Shown here piece after piece: positions 1-9,331 of a DNA stretch of 32,000 nucleotides. Numbering within the stretch: position 1 is the first letter of the stretch; every line of letters begins with the position of its first letter. The notes under the pieces were generated by a model. It was not told the origin of the DNA, did not search any database, and worked only from the letters and a program-made list of their open reading frames with translations. The stretch comes from Aliivibrio fischeri ES114 (GTDB lineage: Bacteria; Pseudomonadota; Gammaproteobacteria; Enterobacterales; Vibrionaceae): NCBI RefSeq assembly GCF_000011805.1, contig NC_006840.2; one strand, given 5' to 3'. Both the position numbers and the translations under genes were made by a program.

Positions 1-1023
1 TAAGTCAGTTTCTGTTAGTGAAGAAAGATCACCAGAGAAAAGCGCTTTCGTGATACGTTCAGCAGACGCTAAACCTTCTTCACCGTGAACTAAACGAGTT
101 ACTTCACGAGCGAGGATGCCTTGACCTTCAGGACGGCCCTGAACACTCTTATCACTCTCTTCAACAGCTGCAATCTCTTCTACTGTTAAGAAAGTGAAGA
201 AACGTAGGAAGTTATATACGTCAGCATCCGCAGTACCTAACCAGAATTGATAGAAAGCGTATGGTGATGTTTTATTTGAATCTAACCAAATTGTACCTGA
301 TTCAGTTTTACCAAACTTAGTACCATCTGATTTTGTAACTAGAGGAAGTGTTAAACCAAATACTTTATTGCGGTTCATACGACGAGTAAGGTCGATACCA
401 CCAGTGATGTTACCCCACTGATCTGAGCCACCAATTTGTAATGTACACTCTTTTGCTTTGTTCAATGCTGCAAAATCGTATGATTGAAGTAGCATGTAGC
501 TGAATTCAGTAAATGAAATACCAGAACCTTCACGATCGATACGTTGTTTTACTGATTCTTTTTGGATCATTGCATTTACGCTGAAGTGTTTACCTACATC
601 ACGCATAAATTCAATTACGTTAATTTGACCGATCCAATCTAAGTTGTTTACTACTTCAGCACCATTTTTCTCTTCTGTAAAATCAACAAAAGCTGAAACT
701 TGTGCTTTAATTTTGTTAACCCAATCGCCAACCACTTCATTCGTGTTTAGTTGACGCTCAGCAGCTTTAAAACTTGGGTCACCGATTAAGCCTGTAGCAC
801 CACCAACAAGAGCTAATGGTTTATGACCAGCTTGTTGGAAACGCTTAAGAACTAATAGTGGTACTAGGCTACCAATATGTAAGCTGTCTGCTGTCGGATC
901 GAAGCCACAATAGAGAGTACGACAGTCAGTTGAAAGGTGCTCAGCTAATTCTTCGTCTGCTGTGCACTGTGCAATAAGCCCACGAGCTTTTAAGTCTTGC
1001 AATAATTCGTTTGTTGCTGTCAT
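1..1023 (-). CDS. tyrS: Tyrosyl-tRNA synthetase (3' end beyond window)
   Basis: Read on the minus strand from ATG at 1023: [83 protein letters not shown], with the class I HIGH-like motif typical of TyrS. I found no in-frame stop down to position 1. It is absent from the ORF track because it runs off the edge. Confidence 0.95.
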   Translation of the reverse strand, partial: MTATNELLQDLKARGLIAQCTADEELAEHLSTDCRTLYCGFDPTADSLHIGSLVPLLVLKRFQQAGHKPLALVGGATGLIGDPSFKAAERQLNTNEVVGDWVNKIKAQVSAFVDFTEEKNGAEVVNNLDWIGQINVIEFMRDVGKHFSVNAMIQKESVKQRIDREGSGISFTEFSYMLLQSYDFAALNKAKECTLQIGGSDQWGNITGGIDLTRRMNRNKVFGLTLPLVTKSDGTKFGKTESGTIWLDSNKTSPYAFYQFWLGTADADVYNFLRFFTFLTVEEIAAVEESDKSVQGRPEGQGILAREVTRLVHGEEGLASAERITKALFSGDLSSLTETDL

Positions 1024-1300
1024 AGATAACCTACTTGTACTCTAAATTTAGGTATAAAAAAGAATACTCGATTTTACACATTTAGCGGCTAAATAACAGA
1101 GTTTACGAGTAAAAATACTTCAATAAGTAAATTATCAAATTATTGTCAGGAAAACGCCTTTTGTGACCGTTAGCGCAAACTCGAACAACATTAAATTTCC
1201 TCACTTGAAACTGCTATCTATGCCCATATTTCTTAAGTAGGTGTTGCTAAGATATAGTTCTCTTAGTTGCTATTTCTTTCTACTTCATAAAGGAAACAGA

Positions 1301-2071
1301 ATGAAAAAGTTTGCCCGTGCTGCAGTCTTAATGGTTTTAGTCTTTGGACGACCTCAAGCACAAGCTGCCTCTTTACTTGAACATATAGAGCCAGATTACC
1401 AAGAATCCAATCAATCAGAGATCGATCACCACCATGTACTTCACAGCTTAAATGGTCTTCTGTCCATTGATAGCTGGAACCATTTCTCGCATCAACCTTA
1501 CAATGACTTTGATATTTTAAGCTCTAAAGCACACCAAGCTCAGCATGAGTTAGAAAATATCTGTAAACAAACTGCTCTTATTTCCAATAGCCAGACTCAA
1601 TTTGCGGGAGTAAAAAATAATGAACGAGCAAAAATTAAAATTGAGCAAGAATTAAGTGGTCAGGTTAATCAACTGACTGATATCGCAAGAGCGACTGTCG
1701 TAGCTGACTCAATTCCTGATTTAGTTACCGCATATGAAGCATTAAATAGAGAAACAACTGTTGTTAGTGTTACTAACCGCTTTTCTCAACCTGCTAAATC
1801 TGGGTACAGAGACATAAAATTATTGGTTGAATTACCTAAAACAAAACTCATTGCAGAAATACAACTCCACTTAAAAGACATTGCAGATGTTAAGAATGGT
1901 GTTGAACATAAGATTTATGAAGAAATTCAAAGTATGGAACGTCTTGCTTTTGTCGAAAATCGTACATTTACTGAATTTGAAGAAGCTCGATTCACTAAAC
2001 TAAGAGGTCTTTCTCAATCTCTATATACCAATGCATGGCAGTCATACCTTCCAGCACAAGCTTTTGCATAG
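1301..2071 (+). CDS. Hypothetical secreted protein with N-terminal signal peptide
   Basis: ORF 1241..2071. The more likely start is ATG 1301 (preceded by AAAGGAAACAGA), giving MKKFARAAVLMVLVFGRPQAQAASLLEH, a signal peptide with an AQA-A cleavage-like site. Family not recognised. Confidence 0.7.
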   Translation: MKKFARAAVLMVLVFGRPQAQAASLLEHIEPDYQESNQSEIDHHHVLHSLNGLLSIDSWNHFSHQPYNDFDILSSKAHQAQHELENICKQTALISNSQTQFAGVKNNERAKIKIEQELSGQVNQLTDIARATVVADSIPDLVTAYEALNRETTVVSVTNRFSQPAKSGYRDIKLLVELPKTKLIAEIQLHLKDIADVKNGVEHKIYEEIQSMERLAFVENRTFTEFEEARFTKLRGLSQSLYTNAWQSYLPAQAFA

Positions 2072-2081
2072 AATAAATACT

Positions 2082-2115
2082 AAAAAGAGCAATAAGATTT
2101 AATCTTATTGCTCTT
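2082..2115 (-). terminator. Intrinsic terminator (14-bp perfect stem), T-tract on minus strand
   Basis: AAGAGCAATAAGAT-TTA-ATCTTATTGCTCTT, with TTTTT following on the minus strand. Confidence 0.8.
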
Positions 2116-2136
2116 CCTTTCATACTCTCTCATCGC

Positions 2137-2226
2137 TTACGCCATTAATACCAAAGCCCCAAAAAAAGCTAATCCTGAAAAAACAGCTATTGTAGTAATA
2201 AGAGCAAATTTAAAATCGTGATCCAT
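2137..2226 (-). CDS. 29-aa single-pass membrane micro-protein, MDHDFKFALITTIAVFSGLAFFGALVLMA
   Basis: Minus-strand ATG at 2226, strong SD AAGGAG 7 nt upstream (AAGGAGTCGTTATG), hydrophobic core, stop TAA at 2137-2139, followed by the terminator at 2082-2115. Too short for the ORF track. Confidence 0.6.
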   Translation of the reverse strand: MDHDFKFALITTIAVFSGLAFFGALVLMA

Positions 2227-2420
2227 AACGACTCCTTATTATTTCCATATACAGACAACGAATAAACAACTGCATTATCTGTTTACAAAAAATTAACAGT
2301 AATTTGAAGTATCTTCAAGGAATTGATCTTATTCAATCAGCAAGTTGGTATAAGCATCACAATGTCATCATAATAGATGCAGATTTGTGGTTTTTATGAA
2401 AAGGAATTCTAGGAGAAAAC

Positions 2421-3002
2421 ATGAAGCGTCTATCACTATTAGGGTTGTTAATATTAACCCCTTTACCCTCTCTCGCCCAAATACATATAACTCCTTCAGT
2501 TGGGTATGCTTCAGGTGGTGAAATTGAAGATACCGAAGGAGAAGTATACGAATTAAAAGGAAATACCGCCTATTCATTAGCGATCGAAACGGATTACGAT
2601 GCTGGCCGTATCGGCTTATTTTATAGCAATCAGACAAATGATATTGAAGGTATTAATCAAAGTTCCAATATGCACTATCTTCATTTTCAAAGTGCGCTAG
2701 ATTACCAATTAACTAAGAATATCAGTTCGTTTTTTGGATTAAGTATTGGTGGTACGTATGCGGATGTTGATTGGATAGATGAAAACATTCGATTTTCAGC
2801 TGGTGCTTTTGGTGGTTTCCAATATCACTTTACTGATAATTTTGCATTACAACTAGAAGGACGCTGGCTAGGTACCTCTGTTGATAGCAACTTTGATAGC
2901 AGTTGTGTTTCTACACCAGATAAAAACTCTTGTACGATTAAATATGAAGGAAGCTGGGTCAATCAATTTCAGGCTAATCTAGGGCTCAGATTCAGTTTTT
3001 AA
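2421..3002 (+). CDS. Outer-membrane beta-barrel protein, 193 aa
   Basis: Signal peptide (MKRLSLLGLLILTPLPSLAQ), alternating aromatic/hydrophobic strands and terminal Phe (LGLRFSF) typical of OmpX/OmpA-like porin folds. AGGAGA SD upstream. Confidence 0.75.
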   Translation: MKRLSLLGLLILTPLPSLAQIHITPSVGYASGGEIEDTEGEVYELKGNTAYSLAIETDYDAGRIGLFYSNQTNDIEGINQSSNMHYLHFQSALDYQLTKNISSFFGLSIGGTYADVDWIDENIRFSAGAFGGFQYHFTDNFALQLEGRWLGTSVDSNFDSSCVSTPDKNSCTIKYEGSWVNQFQANLGLRFSF

Positions 3003-3373
3003 TCGCACCTTATTTATGAAAAGAAAGATTAGGCATTTTCAAAACAGTGAAAATGCCTAAAATTACAACACTTAATCATTATTTTATAAATAACACAATT
3101 AATTATGTAACCTTTATTTAACAACAAATAACCCCATACAACCACTTCTTATCAAGAACCATACCTAAAAATACCCCATTAACCAGCACAAAACACTACC
3201 TGAAACATATTAACCTACCTTTTTGTCATATTGCGTTAACATATATAAATAGGTAATCTGACTTTAATGCTTAGGGAATACATCCAATTTAAGCAAAATC
3301 AATTTGAATTTATCAGAGAATGATACCAATTAAGCTTCAATTCTCAGGGAAAAGTTTTTTAAAGGAGTAATTT

Positions 3374-4840
3374 ATGAAGCGTGAACAATGGGGTTCTCGT
3401 GCAGGATTTATTCTTGCAGCAGTAGGATCTGCTATCGGTTTAGGTAATATCTGGCGCTTTCCATATATGGCATATGAAAATGGTGGCGGTGCTTTTTTCA
3501 TTCCTTATTTATTTGCCATGATCACTGCTGGTATTCCATTTATGATCATGGAATTTGGTATGGGTCATAAATATAGAGGATCGGCACCACGCACTTTCGC
3601 CAAGCTCAACCAAAAATATGAATGGTTAGGTTGGTTTCAGGTAATGATCGCAGCCGTTATCGCCGTTTATTATGTTGCAGTTATTGGCTGGGCAATCTCT
3701 TATTTCAGCATGTCTTTCTCACAAAGTTGGGGACAAGATACTAATGCTTACTTTTTCAGTGAATATCTACAATTAGGTGACAACTCACCAAGTAAGCTAG
3801 GTAGTATTCAATGGCATATCGCTATACCTATGCTTCTTGCTTGGGCAATTACTTTTGCAGCCATTTTTGGTGGGGTGAAAAGTGGTATTGAACGAGCAAG
3901 TAAAATTATGATGCCTTTACTGTTTATTATGGTTATTGCTCTTATTGGTCGTATGGTTTTCTTACCTGGCGCATTGGATGGCCTGAACTACTTATTCCAG
4001 CCAGATTTTAGCAAAATTACGGATCCAAAAGTTTGGTCTGCGGCATACGGACAAATCTTCTTTACCCTAAGTGTTGGCTTCGCCATCATGCTTGCTTATT
4101 CAAGTTACCTTCCTGAAAAATCAGATGTTAATAACAACGCCTTTATGACGGTACTAATTAACTGTGGCTTTTCTATTATTGCAGGTATTCTTATCTTCTC
4201 TGTTCTTGGTTACATGGCTCAAGAACAAGGAAAGCCATTAACTGAAGTCGTTAGTGCAGGCGTTGGTTTGGCATTTGTTACTATTCCTGCGGCAATTAAC
4301 TTACTGCCAATACCTTATATTTTAGGCCCACTATTCTTCTTAGCACTTGTTGTGGCAGGTTTAAGCTCTCACATATCTATTATTGAAGCCGTTACCTCTG
4401 CATTTATCGATAAACTAAATTGGTCTCGTAGAAAAGCTGCTTCAGTTGTTTGTGGTTCTGGTTTAATTATTTCAATGGCATTTGCAACAAATGGCGGTCT
4501 ACTGCTGTTGGATCTTGTTGATTATTTCATTAACAACATCGCTCTACTTGCAAGCTGCTTGATTGAACTACTTATTATGGGTTGGCTAGTAAAACTTGCA
4601 GATATTCGTTCACACGTAAACGCTGTATCAGAATTTACAGTTGGTAAATGGTTTGAAATTTGCCTACGATTCGTAAGCCCTGCTTTCTTAGTCGTTATCC
4701 TAGGCACCAATATTATTAATACGCTAACTGATGGTTATGGTGGTTACGCACAATCAGATTTACTGCTACTTGGCTGGGGCTTAATTGCAGCAATGCTAGT
4801 TGTCGGTATTATTATTAATAAATCAAGCAAGGAGGCTTAA
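3374..4840 (+). CDS. Neurotransmitter:sodium symporter (NSS) family transporter, MetP-type large subunit
   Basis: MKREQWGSRAGFILAAVGSAIGLGNIWRFPYMAYENGGGAFFIPY is the NSS/SNF family signature. SD AAAGGAG upstream. Followed directly by a MetS-like small subunit. Confidence 0.9.
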   Translation: MKREQWGSRAGFILAAVGSAIGLGNIWRFPYMAYENGGGAFFIPYLFAMITAGIPFMIMEFGMGHKYRGSAPRTFAKLNQKYEWLGWFQVMIAAVIAVYYVAVIGWAISYFSMSFSQSWGQDTNAYFFSEYLQLGDNSPSKLGSIQWHIAIPMLLAWAITFAAIFGGVKSGIERASKIMMPLLFIMVIALIGRMVFLPGALDGLNYLFQPDFSKITDPKVWSAAYGQIFFTLSVGFAIMLAYSSYLPEKSDVNNNAFMTVLINCGFSIIAGILIFSVLGYMAQEQGKPLTEVVSAGVGLAFVTIPAAINLLPIPYILGPLFFLALVVAGLSSHISIIEAVTSAFIDKLNWSRRKAASVVCGSGLIISMAFATNGGLLLLDLVDYFINNIALLASCLIELLIMGWLVKLADIRSHVNAVSEFTVGKWFEICLRFVSPAFLVVILGTNIINTLTDGYGGYAQSDLLLLGWGLIAAMLVVGIIINKSSKEA

Positions 4841-4841
4841 T

Positions 4842-4937
4842 ATGGAAACGGGTGCAATCATTATGATGATTATTGGTTTAGGGATCACTTGGGGGGGTGC
4901 AGCCTTCTGTATTCGTAAAGCAATGAACAGTAACTAG
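4842..4937 (+). CDS. metS: MetS-like small subunit of NSS transporter, 31 aa: METGAIIMMIIGLGITWGGAAFCIRKAMNSN
   Basis: Starts 1 nt after the transporter stop codon; SD AAGGAGG at 4829-4835; pattern AIxMMxxGLGxTWGG is typical of MetP/MetS small subunits. Missing from the ORF track because of its size. Confidence 0.85.
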   Translation: METGAIIMMIIGLGITWGGAAFCIRKAMNSN

Positions 4938-4968
4938 AAACTAGAAACTAGAAACTAGAAACTAGAAA
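4934..4968 (+). repeat. Heptanucleotide tandem repeat (CTAGAAA)x5
   Basis: Five perfect consecutive CTAGAAA units. The first contains the metS TAG stop codon. Confidence 0.95.
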
Positions 4969-4980
4969 ATGCTAACCTTA

Positions 4981-5006
4981 AAGCAGATCTTCGGATCTGC
5001 TTTTTT
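4981..5006 (+). terminator. Intrinsic terminator with TTCG tetraloop downstream of metS
   Basis: AAGCAGATC-TTCG-GATCTGCTT followed by TTTT. Confidence 0.9.
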
Positions 5007-5032
5007 ATACCGTTCTGATAATGGATTAAATC

Positions 5033-5662
5033 ATGACTACACTCTACTCTTTTCGACGTTGCCCCTATGCCATGCGCGCACGACTTGGCATAGTTCAATC
5101 AAACAAAACCGTGCATCTTCGTGAGATTATATTAAAAAGCAAACCTGAAGCGATGCTTCAAGCCTCACCTAAAGGCACTGTACCTGTATTAATTACCAAT
5201 AAGGGTAAAGTTATCGATGAGAGCTTAGATATTATGAAATGGGCACTAGAAGGCTCTGAGCTATTGCTATCAGCAACAAACGAGATGTTTCAATTGATTC
5301 GAGAGAACGATGATATTTTCAAAAGTTGGTTAGATAAATATAAGTACGCTGATCGCTACCCTGAATACTCTGAAATTTACTACCGAGAACAAGGTGAGCT
5401 GTTTTTAAATAAATTAGAACAAAGACTAACGACTTCACCGATGCTTTTCTCTAAACAATACAGTTTTGCAGATTTAGCTATTCTTCCATTTATTCGTCAA
5501 TTTGCTTTTGTTGATATTCATTGGTTTTACCAGAGTAAATATAAAAATTTACAGCGTTGGTTATTTGAGTTTATAGAATCAGAACTGTTTAATTCAATAA
5601 TGAATAAATACCCTACATGGTTAGATTCACACCAAGAATTTATCTTTCCAGAACAAAAATAA
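5033..5662 (+). CDS. Glutathione S-transferase-like protein
   Basis: Thioredoxin-fold N-terminus MTTLYSFRRCPYAMRARLGIVQSNKTVHLREIILKSKPEAMLQASPKGTVPVLI and an all-alpha C-terminal half. Confidence 0.85.
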   Translation: MTTLYSFRRCPYAMRARLGIVQSNKTVHLREIILKSKPEAMLQASPKGTVPVLITNKGKVIDESLDIMKWALEGSELLLSATNEMFQLIRENDDIFKSWLDKYKYADRYPEYSEIYYREQGELFLNKLEQRLTTSPMLFSKQYSFADLAILPFIRQFAFVDIHWFYQSKYKNLQRWLFEFIESELFNSIMNKYPTWLDSHQEFIFPEQK

Positions 5663-5690
5663 AAAAAGGAGACCAATTGGCCTCCTTTTT
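5661..5690. terminator. Bidirectional intrinsic terminator between convergent GST and ptsG
   Basis: AAAAAAAGGAGACC-AATT-GGCCTCCTTTTT, near-symmetric with A-tract and T-tract flanks. Confidence 0.85.
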
Positions 5691-5708
5691 TATTCTTTCA
5701 ATGATGAA

Positions 5709-7136
5709 TTAATTGTTGCTAATCCACTCATTCATGTCTGTTTTAAGGTTATCAGACTTAGTACCGAAGATAGCTTGTACACCAGAACCAGCTACAACAA
5801 CACCAGCAGCGCCAAGTTGTTTTAGTTTATCTTGGTTTACAGCTTCAACATTCGCTACAGAAACACGTAGACGAGTGATACAAGCGTCAAGGTTAGTGAT
5901 GTTCTCTTTACCACCGAATGCAGCAACTAGTTCACCAGCTAGTTCAGAACCTGTTACTTTAGTAGCAGAGTCATCTTCATCTTCACGACCAGGTGTTTTT
6001 AGGTTCATTGCTTTGATTACAGCGCGGAATACTACGTAGTAAACAACAGCGTAAACAAGACCAAGACCAACAAGAAGAAGCATATTCTCAGCTCGTGGAG
6101 ATTGAACAACGAAGTCAATGAAACCATTTGAGAATGTGTGACCGTGAACGATACCTAGTGCGTTAGTTAGCATGTATGCAACACCAGCTAATACAGCGTG
6201 GATAGCGTACAGTACAGGAGCAACGAATAGGAATGCGAATTCGATTGGTTCAGTAATACCTGTTAGGAATGAAGTTAACGCAGCAGATGCCATGATACCC
6301 ATTACTTTAGCGCGGTTTTCAGGTTTTGCTGAGTGTGCAATTGCGATTGCAGCAGCAGGAAGACCGAACATTTTGAATAAGTAACCACCAGCTAGTTGAC
6401 CGAAACCGTTACCTGCTGCACGAGATGCATCATCAGCAGTTAGGAAACAAGTCATGATACCATTTACGTGTTCACCAGCATTGTTCACACAAGAACCAGC
6501 TTCGTAGAAGAACGGTACGTTCCAGATATGGTGTAGACCAAAAGGAATTAGAGAACGTTCAATAACACCGTAGATACCGAATGCAGCTACTGGGTTTTGA
6601 TGTGCAGCCCAGTCAGAGAATGCTGCAATAGCACCACCGATTGGAGGCCATACAACTGATAGGATAAGACCTAGAGCGATAGATGCAAAACCAGTTACGA
6701 TTGGCACAGCACGCTTACCAGCGAAGAAACCTAGGTATTCAGGAAGTTGAATACGGTAGAACTTGTTGAATGCCCAACCAGCAACACCACCAGCTAGGAT
6801 ACCACCAAGAACACCAGTCTCAATGCCATCAACACCCATTACAGTTGCCATTACTTTTAATGTAGCAACCATGATGCCGTAACCAACAACAGCAGCTAGA
6901 CCAGCAACGCCATCATTGTTTGTAAAACCAAGTGCAGTACCAACAGCAAATAGCAGAGCCATTTGACCAAATACTGAACCACCAGCTTGTTCCATTAAGT
7001 GAGAAACCACTTCTGGAAGGAAACTAAAGTTGGCTGCACCAACCCCTAAAAGAATACCAGCAACAGGAAGAACTGATACAGGCAGCATTAGCGCCTTACC
7101 AACTTTCTGTAGGCTAGCAAAAAGGTGTTTAAACAT
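5709..7136 (-). CDS. ptsG: PTS glucose-type EIICB component
   Basis: 475 aa. EIIC domain ([43 protein letters not shown]) followed by EIIB domain ([16 protein letters not shown], with phosphorylatable Cys). Minus-strand SD GGAGC near the ATG. Confidence 0.9.
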   Translation of the reverse strand: MFKHLFASLQKVGKALMLPVSVLPVAGILLGVGAANFSFLPEVVSHLMEQAGGSVFGQMALLFAVGTALGFTNNDGVAGLAAVVGYGIMVATLKVMATVMGVDGIETGVLGGILAGGVAGWAFNKFYRIQLPEYLGFFAGKRAVPIVTGFASIALGLILSVVWPPIGGAIAAFSDWAAHQNPVAAFGIYGVIERSLIPFGLHHIWNVPFFYEAGSCVNNAGEHVNGIMTCFLTADDASRAAGNGFGQLAGGYLFKMFGLPAAAIAIAHSAKPENRAKVMGIMASAALTSFLTGITEPIEFAFLFVAPVLYAIHAVLAGVAYMLTNALGIVHGHTFSNGFIDFVVQSPRAENMLLLVGLGLVYAVVYYVVFRAVIKAMNLKTPGREDEDDSATKVTGSELAGELVAAFGGKENITNLDACITRLRVSVANVEAVNQDKLKQLGAAGVVVAGSGVQAIFGTKSDNLKTDMNEWISNN

Positions 7137-7474
7137 GTTTTGCTCCTAATATTTATAACTACAATTTGGATTTAATTATTTACTTATTAATTACGGCAAT
7201 ATCCCCCTTGCCTTTGATGCAATCAATAAATTGTAAATAATCGTATCTCAAATCAAACTGCGCTAAATATAGACCTATGCAAAACCAGTTTCTAGCATGT
7301 TTTCATTTATTGTTTTAAAACCCTGCAGTGATCACAAAAGCAAGGCTTAGAAATTTCTTCCAGAAAAAACAAATTTAAACTCAAGATATTGATTTAAAAG
7401 GTATTACATTGAAAAAATCAAAAACTAAAATGTTATTTTTAGCAACAAAAATAGATAGTACAAATATAATACAA

Positions 7475-7490
7475 ACGTAAACGTTTACGT
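7475..7490. promoter_or_regulatory. 16-bp perfect palindrome, LacI/GalR-family-like operator candidate
   Basis: ACGTAAACGTTTACGT with central CG, located in the intergenic region upstream of ptsG. Confidence 0.5.
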
Positions 7491-7533
7491 ATCGTGATCG
7501 GTATAAAAAACAGGGTTAAATCCGTAAAATAAA

Positions 7534-7560
7534 AAAAAAGGAGACCTAAGCCTCCTTTAT
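7534..7560 (-). terminator. Intrinsic terminator downstream of the ycfH operon
   Basis: AAAGGAG-ACCTAAGC-CTCCTTT. The plus-strand A9 run gives a T-tract on the minus strand. Confidence 0.75.
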
Positions 7561-7585
7561 CGATTACTTTACAACCAATATCTAA

Positions 7586-8356
7586 TTATTTGTTCAAAAA
7601 AAGATTTTTGAAATTAGTGGTGGTAGTTTGTGCTACTTCTTCGACACTTTTCCCTTTAAGTAAAGCAATATAAGCAGCGACTTCTTTAACGTAAGCCGGT
7701 TGATTTTCTTTGCCTCGAAATGGTACAGGTGCTAAATAAGGAGAATCCGTTTCTACCAATAAGCGTTCAAGAGGAAGACGACGAACCACATCCTTCAACT
7801 CAGATGCTTTATTAAAAGTCACAATTCCAGAAATTGAAATGTAAAAACCAAGTTCCATTGCAGCTTCTGCAAATGCCCAATCTTCTGTAAAGCAATGAAT
7901 TACTCCACCACATTTATCTGCTTTACCATTTTTTAGGATGGCTAGAGTATCTTCTCTTGCTTGTCTGGTATGAATAATTAAAGGCTTATTATACTCAACA
8001 GCAACCTCAACTTGTTGCTCAAATAGCTCTCTCTGACGCGGCGCACTTTCTGGTTGATAAAAATAATCTAACCCCGTTTCACCAATGGCTACCACACGTT
8101 CATGTGCTGCATATTGACGAAAAAGTGATAAATCAAATGCAGAATCCACATCCAATGGATGAATACCACAAGATGCATGAACTTCTGGGTGTTCTGCTAT
8201 CATGTTCATCATATTTGGAAAAGCATCTAAGGTAACACCTACAGTTAAAAACTGCTCAACTCCTTGTTTCTTCGCTTTATCAAGTACATCAGCAACATTT
8301 ACATGTAAGTCATCATAATTTAATTTATCTAAATGACAGTGTGAATCAATTAACAC
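7586..8356 (-). CDS. ycfH: TatD-family metal-dependent hydrolase
   Basis: MLIDSHCHLDKLNY, GETGLDYFY, IHTRQA and ETDSPYLAPVP motifs. Linked to holB as in many gammaproteobacteria. Confidence 0.9.
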   Translation of the reverse strand: MLIDSHCHLDKLNYDDLHVNVADVLDKAKKQGVEQFLTVGVTLDAFPNMMNMIAEHPEVHASCGIHPLDVDSAFDLSLFRQYAAHERVVAIGETGLDYFYQPESAPRQRELFEQQVEVAVEYNKPLIIHTRQAREDTLAILKNGKADKCGGVIHCFTEDWAFAEAAMELGFYISISGIVTFNKASELKDVVRRLPLERLLVETDSPYLAPVPFRGKENQPAYVKEVAAYIALLKGKSVEEVAQTTTTNFKNLFLNK

Positions 8357-9331
8357 TCAACTCTCCAGTAAACTCAAACATCCATTGAGTTAGTAGTAAT
8401 TCTTTATTTAAACCAGGGAAACTATCCAATTGCTCTTGTAACGAATTCAGTGCAATGTATTGCTTATAGACCACATTACTCGATAATATTTTCGCTAAGC
8501 TTTCTATGAGCTTTATTTCGTCACAATGAACCCAAGGCTGCATTACTCCCATCTGTCTCTTCTGAATATCAGCAAGTAAGTAACTTAGCCAAGTTAAGCC
8601 TTCACTTTCAAGTTTTAGAACAGTTTTAACTACATCAGCAGTCTGGCAAAAATCACTTTTCACACAGGATTCAAAGTCTGAAAGTAGCTGTTTATGTAAT
8701 GCTTGTTTCTTATCTTGATAAAAGCTTTTCACTGCTAATGGGAGTGAATCATTCAAAGCAATAGACTGCATTGATACTGAAAGGTTTTCAGTTTCTTTAA
8801 GCCAGATTGTAATAGATTCAGCATCAATTTTCGATTGATGCCATACCTGACAACGACTACGTATTGTTGGTAATAACTGATGAGGTGAATCGGCCAACAA
8901 TACAAATTGACAATTTTTCGGTGGTGCCTCTAATGTCTTAAGTAATGCATTAGCTGCAGATTCTGTCATTTTTTCTGCAGGATCAATGATGATCACACGC
9001 TTAGCGTTGAATTGTGAGGACTCTAAAGCCCATGAATTACATTGGCGTATTTGTTCCACTGAAATAGATTTACCTTCAGTTTCTGGTTTTATCCAATGCA
9101 GATCAGGATGCGTTCGTGATTTAATTAACTCGCACACTATGACAAAAACCACAAGGTTCAATACCTTGGCGTTAAACACAATAGCGTATCAGCAAAATAC
9201 TGAACTAACGCTTCTCGTCCTGCCCCTACAGGCATAGCACACAATATGGCATGAGGAAGCCGATCTGCCTGAATCAACTGCTGCCATTGTTGCCACAAAT
9301 TTTCCTGCCATGGATAAAGTTTAGTTGCCAT
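8346..9331 (-). pseudogene. holB: DNA polymerase III delta' subunit, apparently frameshifted (natural start ATG 9331; frame broken between about 9169 and 9135)
   Basis: Frame A 9331..9158 encodes [58 protein letters not shown] third frame encodes QGIEPCGFCHS. Frame B (track ORF 8346..9179) continues CELIKSRTHPDLHWIKPE...NALLKTLEAPP...LLPTIRSRCQ. Together they reconstitute HolB. Confidence 0.8.

Noticed and set aside
2368-2637. Minus-strand 89-aa ORF overlapping the OM beta-barrel start
   Set aside because: Overlaps a well-supported secreted barrel gene with its own SD; no independent evidence.
5713-6384. Plus-strand ORFs antisense to ptsG (5713..6039, 6172..6384)
   Set aside because: Lie entirely within conserved EIIC/EIIB coding; typical shadow ORFs.
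5661-7560. Similar terminators (AAAAAAAGGAGACC...CCTCCTTT) flanking ptsG, considered as boundaries of a mobile or inserted module
   Set aside because: The similarity is limited to short GC-containing stems with A/T tracts. There is no target-site duplication, recombinase or terminal inverted repeat structure, so simple terminators explain it.
8986-9237. Plus-strand 83-aa ORF over the holB frameshift region
   Set aside because: Antisense to recognised HolB coding in all three fragments; no domain or clear RBS.
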